From an uncultured Trueperaceae bacterium (lineage in GTDB: Bacteria; Deinococcota; Deinococci; Deinococcales; Trueperaceae), in contig CAVSGP010000002.1 in NCBI GenBank assembly GCA_963727505.1, forward strand, positions 192,001 to 256,000: DNA of 64,000 nucleotides, read 5' to 3'. Positions within the stretch are counted from its first letter, which is position 1. The number at the start of each line of letters is the position of its first letter. A program made the position numbers and the translations under genes. Shown piece by piece: positions 38,843 to 48,969 of this stretch. A model generated the notes under the pieces. It saw only the letters and a program-made list of their open reading frames with translations. It searched no databases and was not told the origin of the DNA.

Positions 38843-39091
38843 ATGATGGTTCGCGAGAGCGCGCGTATCTTCGCACCGATCACGGGCGGTCGAGGGGTCC
38901 GTCCCGTGACCCCCATCTCCCCCAACCGCTGGAAGGGTGAATCGGACTGCATCGTCGGTCCGTTCTCGAACCGCGGGCTGGCCTTCGGCTTCGCCAACGT
39001 GACCACCGACTTTGGTCAGTACGGCGGAGTCCGCTTCCACATCTTCGCCAAGCGCGACTCCTGGTACGTCGAGGTGGAGTTGCAGGGCTGA
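38843..39091 (+). CDS. Small hypothetical protein (82 aa)
   Basis: AGGAG RBS; GC3-rich codons; TATACT at 38714 upstream. Confidence 0.6.
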   Translation: MMVRESARIFAPITGGRGVRPVTPISPNRWKGESDCIVGPFSNRGLAFGFANVTTDFGQYGGVRFHIFAKRDSWYVEVELQG

Positions 39092-39275
39092 CGCCTCCGG
39101 ACCCGGGTCGGGGCGCCGGCCGGAACAGGGAGTCGAAGGCGCGTGCCACAAGCACGCGCCTTCGTTCGTGGTGGTCCCGTGGGAGCCCGGGCAGCCTCGC
39201 GGCCGCCGATGTCATCGCCGACACCTCGGCGGCGCGCGGGCACACCGTGGCCACCTTCGGTCGAGGGCCGCCCCG

Positions 39276-39818
39276 TCAGTAGGCGGTGGGGAGCTCGAGC
39301 ACCATCCGCACGAACGCCCGCGTGCCCGCCCGGTTCAACGTCAGGCGCACGGCCGTGAGTTGGTTCTCCTGACAGGAGCACGTGAAGACGTAGGCGTTGC
39401 CGCCGAACAGCTCCTGGCTGGGCGTGAACCCGAGCGCCGGAAGGCGCTGGTGGAAGTAGCTCAGGACGTCGTAGGGATCGGTGGTGGCGAGATCGAAGGG
39501 GATCTCGATGCCACGCTCGGAGACGTCGATGCCGATCACCGCGCGCGCAACGCTGCGCGTCACACCCACCACCGCCGCCCGGTCGGCCTCGGTGGTGGTG
39601 AAGCGCAGCCCGCCCTCCACCTCACCGGGCATGAGGGCCACCTTCACGGTATTCGTGCCCATGTTGCGCGTGAAGATCAGCGAGCCGACGACGTCGCCGG
39701 CGTAGTTGAAGGCGCTGTCGTCGAAGACGAGGGAAGGCGCCACGAACCGCGTGGACTGGGCAAGCGCGATGCCGGCGAACGCGCCGCACAGGGCAAGGGC
39801 GGCAAACAGTCTGCGCAT
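39276..39818 (-). CDS. Secreted hypothetical protein
   Basis: GGAG RBS; signal MRRLFAALALCGAFAGIALA; GC3-rich codons. Confidence 0.72.
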   Translation of the reverse strand: MRRLFAALALCGAFAGIALAQSTRFVAPSLVFDDSAFNYAGDVVGSLIFTRNMGTNTVKVALMPGEVEGGLRFTTTEADRAAVVGVTRSVARAVIGIDVSERGIEIPFDLATTDPYDVLSYFHQRLPALGFTPSQELFGGNAYVFTCSCQENQLTAVRLTLNRAGTRAFVRMVLELPTAY

Positions 39819-40043
39819 AGCGTGCTCCAATGCCGACAGCCAGGGACTTCGATCGCCGTGGGCGGCAGCTTCTCACCTCCCTGGGGAGCGCTCGATCGCG
39901 CCCGCTAGACCTCGGCCCCCGGCCGTTCGGCCGACACGAAGTGCCGCGGCGTCCGCTGGAGAGGTCGCACAGTGAGAGGGGACGGTTGCGCTGGCTCCGC
40001 CCCGAGTGTGAGCCAGGGAAGGGCATCCCGCTAGAGCCAAACG

Positions 40044-40676
40044 TCACCGCGCGAGCCCGGCCGCCGCCCCACCGATGGCCTCACCGAGGCCCTCGGTGGC
40101 GACCACCCTCGCCAGCTCCGGGCGGGGCGTCAGGGCGCTCAGGAAGGCTTCGTCTGCCTGGCCCGTTCCCACGGCGATCACCCGGATTCCGGCGGAGCGC
40201 GCCGCGGCGGCGGCATCCAGGGTGGCCTCACGGCTGTCGGGCATGCCGTCGGTGATGAGCAGGATCACGCGGCGCCCGCTGCGCAGGCGCAGCCGACCCG
40301 CCGCCATGCGCAGCGCCCGGGCCATATCGGTGCGCCCGTTGGGCATGAGCCCGGTGATGCTCCTCTGGAAGCGGTACGGGTTGCGCGTCGCACCAGTGAG
40401 TACCCGCGCCGTGGAACCGAAACCGATGACGCCGACGGCGTAGTTCCGCCGCCACGCCTCGTAGAAGAAGCGGATGGAGCCCCGCAGGAGCTGCGGCATC
40501 TTGCCCGGGTCGGCCATGCTCGCCGACAGGTCGAGGCACAGGTAGACGGTGCCGGTCAGCCGCGCCCGGCGCCCCACCAGCGCGTCGACCACGCGGCTCG
40601 CCAGCGAAGCCGGCGCGCCGTCGCGGCCGGGACGAACGGCCGGCGGCCCGGCCGGCCTCGATCGGTCGTCCACCAT
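40044..40676 (-). CDS. Stand-alone von Willebrand A domain protein
   Basis: MIDAS motif DLSAS...GRTDM...LLITDG; VIAVGTG. Confidence 0.85.
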   Translation of the reverse strand: MVDDRSRPAGPPAVRPGRDGAPASLASRVVDALVGRRARLTGTVYLCLDLSASMADPGKMPQLLRGSIRFFYEAWRRNYAVGVIGFGSTARVLTGATRNPYRFQRSITGLMPNGRTDMARALRMAAGRLRLRSGRRVILLITDGMPDSREATLDAAAAARSAGIRVIAVGTGQADEAFLSALTPRPELARVVATEGLGEAIGGAAAGLAR

Positions 40677-40732
40677 GACCTACTCTAGCGCCGCTCGGTA
40701 CACCCTCCCGCCCAGGCGTATGCTTCGGAGCG

Positions 40733-41638
40733 ATGGTCCTCGATACCCCTACCGGCCACCTGCACGGCACCCTGGAGCTTCCCGAGGGGCCGGGGCCCTT
40801 CCCGGTCGCGCTCGTCATCGCGGGCTCCGGCCCCACCGACCGCGACGGCAACTCCACCCTCCTCCCCGGACGCAACGACAGCTTGAAGCTCGTGGCCCGG
40901 GCGCTAGCCGAAGCCGGAGTGGCGTCGCTGCGCTACGACAAGCGCGCCATCGGCGAGAGCCGCGAAGCCGGCCTCGACGAGGCCGCCATGACCTTCGACC
41001 TGGCGGTGCAGGACGCCGTACGCTGGCTACGCCAGCTCGACGACGACACGCGGTTCGCACGGACGCTGGTCGTCGGTCACAGCGAAGGTTCGCTGGTCGG
41101 CATGCTCGCTACGGGCCCGGCCGGCGCCTCCGCCCTCGTGTCGCTGGAGGGTGCAGGGCGCCCCGCGGCCGACGTGCTGCGCTCGCAGCTGCGAGGCCAG
41201 CTCCCCGCCGAGCTGATGGACGAGGTCGACCAGGTGCTGCGCGAGCTGGAGGCCGGGCGAACGGTGGACACGCTGCCGCCCGGCATCGCGGCAGTGCCCC
41301 AGATCGGGCAGGCGCTGTTCCGGCAGAGCGTGCAGCCCTACCTGGTGAGCTGGTTCCGGCACGACCCGGCGCGCGTCCTGGCCGAGCTCGAGGTTCCGAG
41401 CCTGGTGGTGCAGGGCACGACCGACCTGCAGGTGCCGGTATCGGACGGCGAACGCCTGGCCGCGGCCGGGAAGCATGCCACGCTGGCGCGCATCGAGGGG
41501 ATGAACCACGTGCTCAAGGCCGCGCCTGCCGAACAGGCCGCCAACCTGGCGGCCTACTCCGATCCTGCGCTGCCGTTGGCGCCGGGATTAGCGCTGGCGC
41601 TGCGGAGCTTCCTGAAGGAGGCGGGCCTCACTCCCTAG
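40733..41638 (+). CDS. Alpha/beta hydrolase
   Basis: GSGPTDRDGN, RYDKR, nucleophile elbow GHSEG, D.QV and GMNH motifs. Confidence 0.9.
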   Translation: MVLDTPTGHLHGTLELPEGPGPFPVALVIAGSGPTDRDGNSTLLPGRNDSLKLVARALAEAGVASLRYDKRAIGESREAGLDEAAMTFDLAVQDAVRWLRQLDDDTRFARTLVVGHSEGSLVGMLATGPAGASALVSLEGAGRPAADVLRSQLRGQLPAELMDEVDQVLRELEAGRTVDTLPPGIAAVPQIGQALFRQSVQPYLVSWFRHDPARVLAELEVPSLVVQGTTDLQVPVSDGERLAAAGKHATLARIEGMNHVLKAAPAEQAANLAAYSDPALPLAPGLALALRSFLKEAGLTP

Positions 41639-41662
41639 GCTCGTAGGGTGCGCGGAGCGCTC

Positions 41663-42067
41663 TCAGGCGTCGTCGAGACGGTCTCCACGACGGGCAAACA
41701 GGACCAGGCCCAGGAAGATCAGCAGCAACGGGCCCATGACGTTCCAGGACAGCCCGAACAGGAACACGGCCGATACCAGCAGCAGAACCACACCGGGGAT
41801 GACCTGGCGCGACACCTCGCGATCGAAGGTGCCGCTCGCCTGGTAGGCCTGGTAGGCCCGGTAGAGGAACGCCGCGGCGGGGATCAGGAGGAAGACGACC
41901 CACCAGTTCTGGAACGCCACGCCGAAGCTGTCGCGCAGCAGCAAGATGCCGCCGACCACGACCAGCAGCAGACCCAGGGCGTAACGGTCGCGAGGCTTGC
42001 GGTTCGCGCGACGCTCGCGCCGAAGGGACCGATCCGACGACGACTCGGGGGAAGGGTTGGCTTTCAC
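41663..42067 (-). CDS. Small four-TM membrane protein (LiaF/LiaI-TM-like)
   Basis: GLLLVVVGGILLL...NWW..FLLIPA...W..MGPLLLIFLG pattern. Start is 42067 or 42109. Confidence 0.7.
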   Translation of the reverse strand: MKANPSPESSSDRSLRRERRANRKPRDRYALGLLLVVVGGILLLRDSFGVAFQNWWVVFLLIPAAAFLYRAYQAYQASGTFDREVSRQVIPGVVLLLVSAVFLFGLSWNVMGPLLLIFLGLVLFARRGDRLDDA

Positions 42068-42136
42068 GAATGCCTCGACTCGAAGGGGCCCAACGTGCGC
42101 CCACCTCACGAAGACTCTACAGCCGCGGCGACCGGC

Positions 42137-42928
42137 TCAACCGCGCAGATGTACCAGCCATCCGATGAGCGATGAGCCCAACACCAGCTGGATGCCGGTC
42201 AGGATCAGCAGCACGTAGATCGCGAGCGTGAACCCGCGCTCCTGGACGGTGCGGTTGAGCCAAACGCCGAGCGCGGCACCGGCGAACGCCAGCGGCAACA
42301 GCAGCACGGCGACCAGCAGGTTGTCGACGTTCAGCAGCCCCAGCCAGGCGTAGGGCACCAGCTTCACGACGTTGACGATGAAGAAGAACCAGGCCGCGGT
42401 GCCCACGAACAGCTCACGCCGCAGGCCACGGGGCAGCAGGTAGATCGCCACCGGCGGGCCGCCAACGTGCGCCAGCGTCGAGGTGAAGCCGGCGACACCG
42501 CCCAGCACGGCGCCCCACAGGCGTGACGGCGGGCTCTGCTGTAGCGCGCGCAGCACCCGGGCCCGCACCGCCTGCCAGCCGACGAACCCCAGTGCCAGCA
42601 CACCGATGCCGACCTCCAGGGCGCGCCCGTGCGGCGCCAGCAGGTCGAAGGCGAGCGCCCCCAGGACGATCCCCACCAGCGCGCTCGGCAGCAACAGTCG
42701 CAGGTCGCGCACGCTGGCGGTGCGACGGTAGTGCCATACCGCGAAGACGTCCGCGCCGATGAGCACCGGCAGGAGCAGCGCGGCCGCCTGCGGCACCGGC
42801 AGCGTCAGTGCGACCAGCGGGGTGGCGATGACGCCGGAACCGGCGCCGAAGCCCGCCTTGGCGACGCCGACCAGCAGGGCGGCCGCCGCGGCCGCCGCGA
42901 GCGCCTCGGGCGGAAGGCCCAGGATCAT
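42137..42928 (-). CDS. Sulfite exporter TauE/SafE family protein
   Basis: GVAKAGFG, LLLPVLI..D, GFTSTLAHVGGPP and N..KLVPY motifs. Confidence 0.9.
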   Translation of the reverse strand: MILGLPPEALAAAAAAALLVGVAKAGFGAGSGVIATPLVALTLPVPQAAALLLPVLIGADVFAVWHYRRTASVRDLRLLLPSALVGIVLGALAFDLLAPHGRALEVGIGVLALGFVGWQAVRARVLRALQQSPPSRLWGAVLGGVAGFTSTLAHVGGPPVAIYLLPRGLRRELFVGTAAWFFFIVNVVKLVPYAWLGLLNVDNLLVAVLLLPLAFAGAALGVWLNRTVQERGFTLAIYVLLILTGIQLVLGSSLIGWLVHLRG

Positions 42929-42967
42929 GCCGGACGCCGGCGGGAGCGTCGCGAAAACAGCGGCCGT

Positions 42968-44494
42968 TCAGGTGACACGGGCCGAGAACGTCGGGCGCCG
43001 CCGCACCTGCGTCGCCTGCTCGAAGGCGTGCGCGAAGCCGATCAGCCGCCCCTCGGCGTAGGCGCCGGCGAAGAACGAGAGCCCCACGGGCAGCCCGTGG
43101 ACGTGGCCCGCGGGGAGCGTCACGTGCGGATAGCCCGCCATGGCCGCGGGCGTGGCGCAGCCTCCGAGCCGCTTGTCGCCGTCGATGGGATCGATGGTCC
43201 AGGCGGGCACCATGGTGGGCGCCACGAGGGCGTCGAGCCGGTGCGCGGCGAGGGCACGGTCGATGCCTTCGTCGCGTGCCAGGCGGTGGCAGGTCTCGCG
43301 CACCTCGCGGTAGCGCGCTTCGTCGACCACGCCGTCGGTGAGCGCCCGCTCGAGCAGCTCCTGCCCGAAGTAGGGCAGCACGGCATCAGCATGCAGCCGG
43401 TTGAAGGCCACCACCTCCTCCAGGCTCCGGACCTTCGCGCGGGGGTGCTCGGCCAGGTAGGCGTCCACGCCGGCCTTGATCTCGATCAACATCAACTCGA
43501 GCTCGGGCGCCTCGTTCATGCGCTCGCGGCCCAGCTCGACCGGGTCGACGATCTCGGCGCCCAGCGCGCGCAACGTGCCCAGCGCCGCCTCCACGACGGC
43601 GTCGGCACCCTCGTGCCGGCCGAAGCAGTCGCGCGCCACGCCCAGACGCGCCCCCTCGAGCGCGCGGGGATCGAGGAACTGCATGTAGTCCAGCATCGGC
43701 GCCTGCGCGGTCGCCTCGTCGCGCGGGTCGGGACCGGCGATGGCCGTGAGCAGGGCGGCGGCGTCCGCGACCGTGCGCGCCATCGGCCCGGCGGTGTCCT
43801 GCGAGGCGGCGACCGGGATGATGCCGGCGCGGCTCACCAGCCCGACGGTGGGTTTGATGCCCACCACGCCGTTGGCCGAGGAGGGGCTCACGATGGAGCC
43901 GTCGGTCTCGGTGCCGATGGCGCCGGCGCACAGGCTGGCGGCAACCGCCACCCCCGAGCCGGAGCTCGAGCCGCTCGGCGTGCGGTCGAGCGAATAGGGG
44001 TTGCGCGTCTGCCCTCCGCGGCTGCTCCAGCCGCTGCAACCGCGCGTCGAGCGGAAGTAGGCCCACTCGCTCAGGTTGGTCTTGCCCAGCACCACGGCGC
44101 CCGCGGTGCGCAGACGCTCGACCACGCCGGCGTCGCGCGGCGCGATGTTGCCCGCAAGCGCCAGCGAGCCGGCCGTCGTCTGCATGCGGTCGCCGGTATC
44201 GATGTTGTCCTTGACCATCACGGGCACGCCGTGCAGCGGCCCGCGCGGGCCTCGCTCGCGGCGCTCGCGGTCGAGCTCGGCGGCCGTCTGAAGCGCGTCC
44301 GGGTTGATCTCGATGACGGCGTTCAGCTCCGGCCCGCTGGCATCGATCGCGGCGATCCTCTCCAGGTAACCGCGCGCGATCTCCAGCGCGCTGGTCTCCC
44401 CCGAGGCCATGGCCGCCTGCAGCTCGGCGATCCCCTTGTCCTGGTCCTCCACGTTCGGTTCCTCCACCTCGGCGGTCCCCACCGCCGCGCTCAC
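42968..44494 (-). CDS. Amidase signature family enzyme
   Basis: GPLHGVPVMVKDNI, GKTNLSEWA, SGSSSGS and GTETDGSI motifs (Lys-cisSer-Ser triad). Confidence 0.94.
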   Translation of the reverse strand: MSAAVGTAEVEEPNVEDQDKGIAELQAAMASGETSALEIARGYLERIAAIDASGPELNAVIEINPDALQTAAELDRERRERGPRGPLHGVPVMVKDNIDTGDRMQTTAGSLALAGNIAPRDAGVVERLRTAGAVVLGKTNLSEWAYFRSTRGCSGWSSRGGQTRNPYSLDRTPSGSSSGSGVAVAASLCAGAIGTETDGSIVSPSSANGVVGIKPTVGLVSRAGIIPVAASQDTAGPMARTVADAAALLTAIAGPDPRDEATAQAPMLDYMQFLDPRALEGARLGVARDCFGRHEGADAVVEAALGTLRALGAEIVDPVELGRERMNEAPELELMLIEIKAGVDAYLAEHPRAKVRSLEEVVAFNRLHADAVLPYFGQELLERALTDGVVDEARYREVRETCHRLARDEGIDRALAAHRLDALVAPTMVPAWTIDPIDGDKRLGGCATPAAMAGYPHVTLPAGHVHGLPVGLSFFAGAYAEGRLIGFAHAFEQATQVRRRPTFSARVT

Positions 44495-44668
44495 GGCGTT
44501 CGTTCAGCGTATGCAAGCGTACCCCGTGGCCCGACCCCGGCGTCGCCCGCGCGGCACCTGCTCACGGCGAGAACGCGAAGCGGAAGCCTGAACAGGCGCA
44601 CGGCTGTCGTGGTGCTAGAATCGCGCCCACAGAAGTCGTGGGCAACGAGCTGTTGGGGGTTGGTCTAG

Positions 44669-45075
44669 GTGGAACCATCCGTGGAACCATCCCTGGAACC
44701 ATCCCAGGAGGAGGCCCTGTTCGGGCGTCGGCTGAAGAGCCGGCGGACGGTCCTGGGGCTGACCCAGGAGGAGCTGGCCCGACGCGCGGGCGGTTCCACG
44801 GCGACGGTGCGCATGCTCGAGGCGGAGGAACACCGGCCCTCGCCCGAAGCAGCGAGGGCGCTGGCCGAGGTCCTGGGCGTCCCCGCCGGGGAACGGCGCG
44901 CCCGCGAGCGGCCGGACGCGGCTCCGAACGGGACGCTCGAGCGCCACGGCGCCTGGCGTCTGCGGCTCCTGGGGGAGACGGCCGAGCTGACAGGACCATC
45001 GACGCGCTGGCGGCCACCCAGGACCGCCGCGCTCATCCTCGCGTTCCTGGCCCTGGAAGGGGCCACGCCTCCGGG
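44669..45075 (+). pseudogene. Truncated XRE-HTH plus SARP-type regulator remnant
   Basis: FGRRLKSRR..LGLTQEELA (XRE), then WRLRLLG...AALILAFLALEG (start of a SARP/BTAD module); similarity ends abruptly. Confidence 0.6.
44670..44705. repeat. 12-bp tandem repeat x3
   Basis: TGGAACCATCC(G/C) x3. Confidence 0.9.
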
Positions 45076-45165
45076 CGTGCCCCTTCCCACGTCTCGCTCC
45101 CTTCGACCTCTGCGCGACCCATCCTCCGCGCAACCCATCCTCCCCGCAACCCGGCCACCCCCCGG

Positions 45166-45450
45166 TCAGGCGTCGTCGGGGAGCGGGCCCCAGGGGCTCG
45201 TCCGAGAAGACCCTGGCCGCGAGGATCGCGCCACGCTCGCGCCGGTCCTCGGCGCTCCCACCTGCGGGTCACGCGCTGCACGAAGCTGCCGCCATGCCTG
45301 CGGCCACAATCCGAGCAACAGCCGCGACCAGATGGTCCCGGGGCGTGCACCGGCCGTCGCCTGGCGCATGCGCCGCTCCCGCGCCGCATCCCGCATAAGA
45401 TCCGCGTACCGCTCCCGTGCCGCTCGTTCACTGTTCCAGGAACCTTGCAT
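45166..45450 (-). CDS. Small basic helical protein divergent from the STAND regulator
   Basis: AGGGAGG RBS; MQGSWNSERAARERYADLMRDAARERR... Confidence 0.6.
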   Translation of the reverse strand: MQGSWNSERAARERYADLMRDAARERRMRQATAGARPGTIWSRLLLGLWPQAWRQLRAARDPQVGAPRTGASVARSSRPGSSRTSPWGPLPDDA

Positions 45451-45521
45451 GTCCGCCTCCCTCTCCCTGCCGGGCTTCCGTTGTCGGCTGGAGCCATTGC
45501 AGCGGATATGGAGTGGTCCGT

Positions 45522-45581
45522 GGTCACGGCGAGCGCCACGACGGGCGCTACTGCGAGCGCTACTGCAGGCGTTACGGCGAA
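45522..45581. repeat. Five degenerate 12-bp direct repeats in the divergent promoter region
   Basis: GGTCACGGCGAG CGCCACGACGGG CGCTACTGCGAG CGCTACTGCAGG CGTTACGGCGAA. Confidence 0.6.
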
Positions 45582-45648
45582 CGTCCCAGGCGGTGGTAGA
45601 ATCGCCCCTACAACCGTCTTGCAGCCGTCTCGCAGGAAGGCCGCCACG

Positions 45649-48600
45649 TTGGAAGCGCCCCGTGACGATGCCGTGTTCGGGCGCTGGTTGCACAAGCGCC
45701 GGAAGACGCTCGACCTGACCCAGAAGGAGCTAGCGAAGCGGGTGGGCTGCTCGCCCGCCACCATCCGCAAGCTCGAGGCCGACGAGCGTCGCCCCTCGAA
45801 ACGCGTGGCGCAGTCCGTGGCCGAGGCGCTCGGCGTGCCCAGCGAGGAGCGCGGGGCCTTCGTGCGGTTCGCCCGTAGCGGCTGGGCCGACGAGCCCCCC
45901 CGTCAGCGACCGCCCGACCTGGAGCGCCCCTGGCTCGACCCCAGCACCGATCGGCCTGCGCCCCGCGCCGCGCCTCCCGCCGCCTCCGTGACGCCGCCCC
46001 GCGTGGCCGCCTCTAGCGAGCCCGTGGCCCCACCCGTCCCCCGCCTGCTGGCGCGCGAGCGCGAGCTCGAGCCCCTCGAGGCGGCCTTGCGGCAGGCCAC
46101 AACGGAGCGTGGAAGCGTCCTGCTCGTCTCCGGGCAGGCGGGGCAGGGTAAGACCGCGTTGCTGACCTCCTTCGCTACCCGCGCCCAGGAGCTCGAGCCC
46201 GACCTGCTCGTCGGGATCGGGACGTGCAACGCCTACACCGGCAGCGGCGACCCCTTCCACCCGTTCCGCGAGATCCTGCTGCAGCTCACCGGCGACGTCG
46301 CCCTGGGCACCGACCCGAGCGCCTTCGAGCAGACGCGCGCATCACGCCTTTGGCGCTTCATGGGTCGCGGGGGCCGGGCCCTGATCGAGCACGGGCCCCA
46401 CCTCCTCGACCGGCTGGTTGCGAGCCGTCCGCTCCGTTCGCGCTTGCTGGACGCAGGCGTCTCCCTGCCGGGCGCGAACGGCCCGGCCGCCCACAGCTCG
46501 CCCACCTCGCTCTCCGAGGGCCAGGGGGCCTACGGTCAGGAGGCGCTACGAAGCGAGATCATCGCCGTGCTGACGGCACTGGCGCAGCAGGCGCCGCTGC
46601 TGTTGCTGCTGGACGATCTGCAGTGGGCGGACGGCAGCTCCCTCGAGCTGCTCTTACAACTGGGCAGGACCGTACCCCGACACCCGATCCTGCTGGTGGG
46701 CGCCTTCCGACCCGCCGACGTGGCGCCCACGCCCGAGGGCCGGCGCCATCCCCTGGAAAGCGTTCTGAACGAGCTGACCCGGCTCTCCGGCGACGCCGCA
46801 CGAATCGACCTCGACCTGGCCGACGGCCGCGCGTTCGTCAACGCGTTTCTGGATGCCGAGCCGAACCGGCTCGACGCTAGGTTCCGCGAGGCGCTGCTTC
46901 AGCAGACCGCTGGCCAGCCCCTGTTCACGATCGAGCTGCTGCGCGCCCTGCAGGAGCGTGGCGACCTCGTGCGCGACGACGACGAGCGCTGGACGCAGGC
47001 CGCCAGCATGCGCTGGGACGCCCTTCCCGCCCGCGTGGCCGGCGCCATCGCGGAGCGTATCGCACGGCTCGAACCGGCCACACGCGAGGCGCTTCGGGCG
47101 GCGAGCGTGGAAGGGGACGTCTTCACCGTCGAAGTCGTCGCACGGGTGGTGGAGCGCGATCCCCGAGCCGTCGTCCGTGAGGTCGCGGGCGCGCTCGACC
47201 GACACGAGCTCGTCGCCGGGATCGACGTTCGGCGCGCCCCCAGGGGGCTCGTCTCGCGCTACCGGTTCCGCCACGAGCTGATCCAGCGCTTCCTGTACGA
47301 CCAGCTCGACGAGAGCGAACGCGCCTACCTCCACGAAGCTGTGGCGGAGGCGCTGAAGGCGGTCCTCGGCGACGAAGCAGACCCCGGCGCGCTCGCCTTC
47401 CACTACCTGCAGGCGCACGCTCCGCAGCGCGCCGCCCCCCACCTCCGCAGCGCCGGCGATCGCGCCAGGCGATCGGCGGCGCTGGCGGAGGCGGTCGACT
47501 TCTACACGCGCGCACTGTCCGCCTGGCCCGAGCAGGATGCCACCGGGCGCGCCACGCTGCTGCGCGACCTGGGCGAGTGCGAATGGCTCCGGGGCCGGCT
47601 CGAGCGGGCGGAGAACATCCTCGGCCAGGCGCGCGCCGCCTTCGACGCGCTGGGGGATCACGCCGCTGCGAGCACGGTGCAGCTCTCGCTGGGACGCGTG
47701 TACTACGAGCTCGGGGACTTCGAGCGCTCGCTCCAGGCCAGCATGGAAGCCCTCGCCATGTTCGACGGCCAGGCCGAGACCGAGGGCCTCGCTAGGGCCC
47801 AGAGCACCGTCTCCCAGCTCCACATGCTGGCGTCGAACGACGCCGAGGCGCTCCACTGGGGCCGCCGGGCCCTCGACCTGGCCGAGCGGCTCCATGCCGA
47901 CGACATACGGACGCACGCCTTGAACAACGTCGGCATCGTAGTGGCTCACTCCGGTTCGGAGCACCACGACGAAGGCCTCGGCATGCTGGAGCAGAGCTGG
48001 CGGCTGGCCGATCGGCTGGGACTCGCTCACGACGGCTGTCGGGCCCTGTACAACCGTGCCGCCCTGCTACAGGCGTTCGGGAGGGTGCGCGAGGCCGAGG
48101 CGGCCTGGCGCCACCTCATCGATTACGCCCAGAACCAACAGATCCTCGTGTTAGAGCTTTCGGCGAGGCTGGCGCTGTCGAAGCTCGAGTGGGACCTTGG
48201 TCGTTGGTCCGACACGCACCAACAGCTGGATCGACTGTATCAACACAAGCGAGGTTTCGACGGACCAGGCGGTAACCCCAAGCGCGTGCGCGTGGGGCTC
48301 GCGCTGGCATCGGCCGAGCTCGATCTGGGGCGTGTCGGCCATGCGCAGACCATCCTGCTCGAACACCGGAGCGCCCTCGAACGGCTCGACGAGGAGCAGC
48401 TTCGCGCCCCTTACCTTCGAGATCGGCTCCGCGCCGCAGCCGCTTCGGGAGAGAGCAGCGAAGCCGATGCCTGCGCCCGTGCGCTGCTCGACACGGTCAC
48501 CGCCCACCCCACCCACTCCGAGGATGTCCTCGCTCCTCTCCTGACCGCCGTCCGATGGCTCTCGACGCACCCGGCAACGGACACCGGCTCCCTGCTCGAG

Positions 48601-48969
48601 GCCAGCCTGCGCGCCGCCGAGGTGACGGAGGCGCAGTACGGGTCGGCCGACGCCGGCGCCACCCTCGCGGCCGTGCGGGCCACCGCTGCCGGCGCCGCAG
48701 GCGACGGAACGGCTGCGGCCACGCTGTGGCTACGGGCGGCCGAGCTGTGGCGGGACTGTGGGTTCGTCCTGAACGAGGCGCGCGCCAGGTGCGTGGGCGC
48801 TCGCGCCCTGGCGCATGCCGGGCGCGACGCGGACGCAGGGCAAGCCCGCGACCGCGCACGCGCATTGTTGGCCGACCTCGAAAGCAGGCTGCCTACGCCC
48901 GAGCTGGTGGCATCGTTCGCCCGGGTGCAGGCCACCCTGCTGAGCTCCGCGGAAAGCACTAGCGCGTGA
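45649..48969 (+). CDS. XRE-HTH / STAND (AAA_16) NTPase / TPR transcriptional regulator
   Basis: FGRWL..RRK.LDLTQKELA, Walker A GQAGQGKT, Walker B LLLDDLQWAD, T.GQPLF, YRFRHELI and TPR-like helices; AGGAAGG RBS before TTG45649. Confidence 0.9.
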   Translation: MEAPRDDAVFGRWLHKRRKTLDLTQKELAKRVGCSPATIRKLEADERRPSKRVAQSVAEALGVPSEERGAFVRFARSGWADEPPRQRPPDLERPWLDPSTDRPAPRAAPPAASVTPPRVAASSEPVAPPVPRLLARERELEPLEAALRQATTERGSVLLVSGQAGQGKTALLTSFATRAQELEPDLLVGIGTCNAYTGSGDPFHPFREILLQLTGDVALGTDPSAFEQTRASRLWRFMGRGGRALIEHGPHLLDRLVASRPLRSRLLDAGVSLPGANGPAAHSSPTSLSEGQGAYGQEALRSEIIAVLTALAQQAPLLLLLDDLQWADGSSLELLLQLGRTVPRHPILLVGAFRPADVAPTPEGRRHPLESVLNELTRLSGDAARIDLDLADGRAFVNAFLDAEPNRLDARFREALLQQTAGQPLFTIELLRALQERGDLVRDDDERWTQAASMRWDALPARVAGAIAERIARLEPATREALRAASVEGDVFTVEVVARVVERDPRAVVREVAGALDRHELVAGIDVRRAPRGLVSRYRFRHELIQRFLYDQLDESERAYLHEAVAEALKAVLGDEADPGALAFHYLQAHAPQRAAPHLRSAGDRARRSAALAEAVDFYTRALSAWPEQDATGRATLLRDLGECEWLRGRLERAENILGQARAAFDALGDHAAASTVQLSLGRVYYELGDFERSLQASMEALAMFDGQAETEGLARAQSTVSQLHMLASNDAEALHWGRRALDLAERLHADDIRTHALNNVGIVVAHSGSEHHDEGLGMLEQSWRLADRLGLAHDGCRALYNRAALLQAFGRVREAEAAWRHLIDYAQNQQILVLELSARLALSKLEWDLGRWSDTHQQLDRLYQHKRGFDGPGGNPKRVRVGLALASAELDLGRVGHAQTILLEHRSALERLDEEQLRAPYLRDRLRAAAASGESSEADACARALLDTVTAHPTHSEDVLAPLLTAVRWLSTHPATDTGSLLEASLRAAEVTEAQYGSADAGATLAAVRATAAGAAGDGTAAATLWLRAAELWRDCGFVLNEARARCVGARALAHAGRDADAGQARDRARALLADLESRLPTPELVASFARVQATLLSSAESTSA

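Noticed and set aside
44638..45648. 337-aa N-terminal extension of the STAND regulator
   Set aside because: It is a low-complexity translation overlapping the XRE remnant, an opposite-strand small gene and a promoter; the RBS and domain start point to TTG45649.
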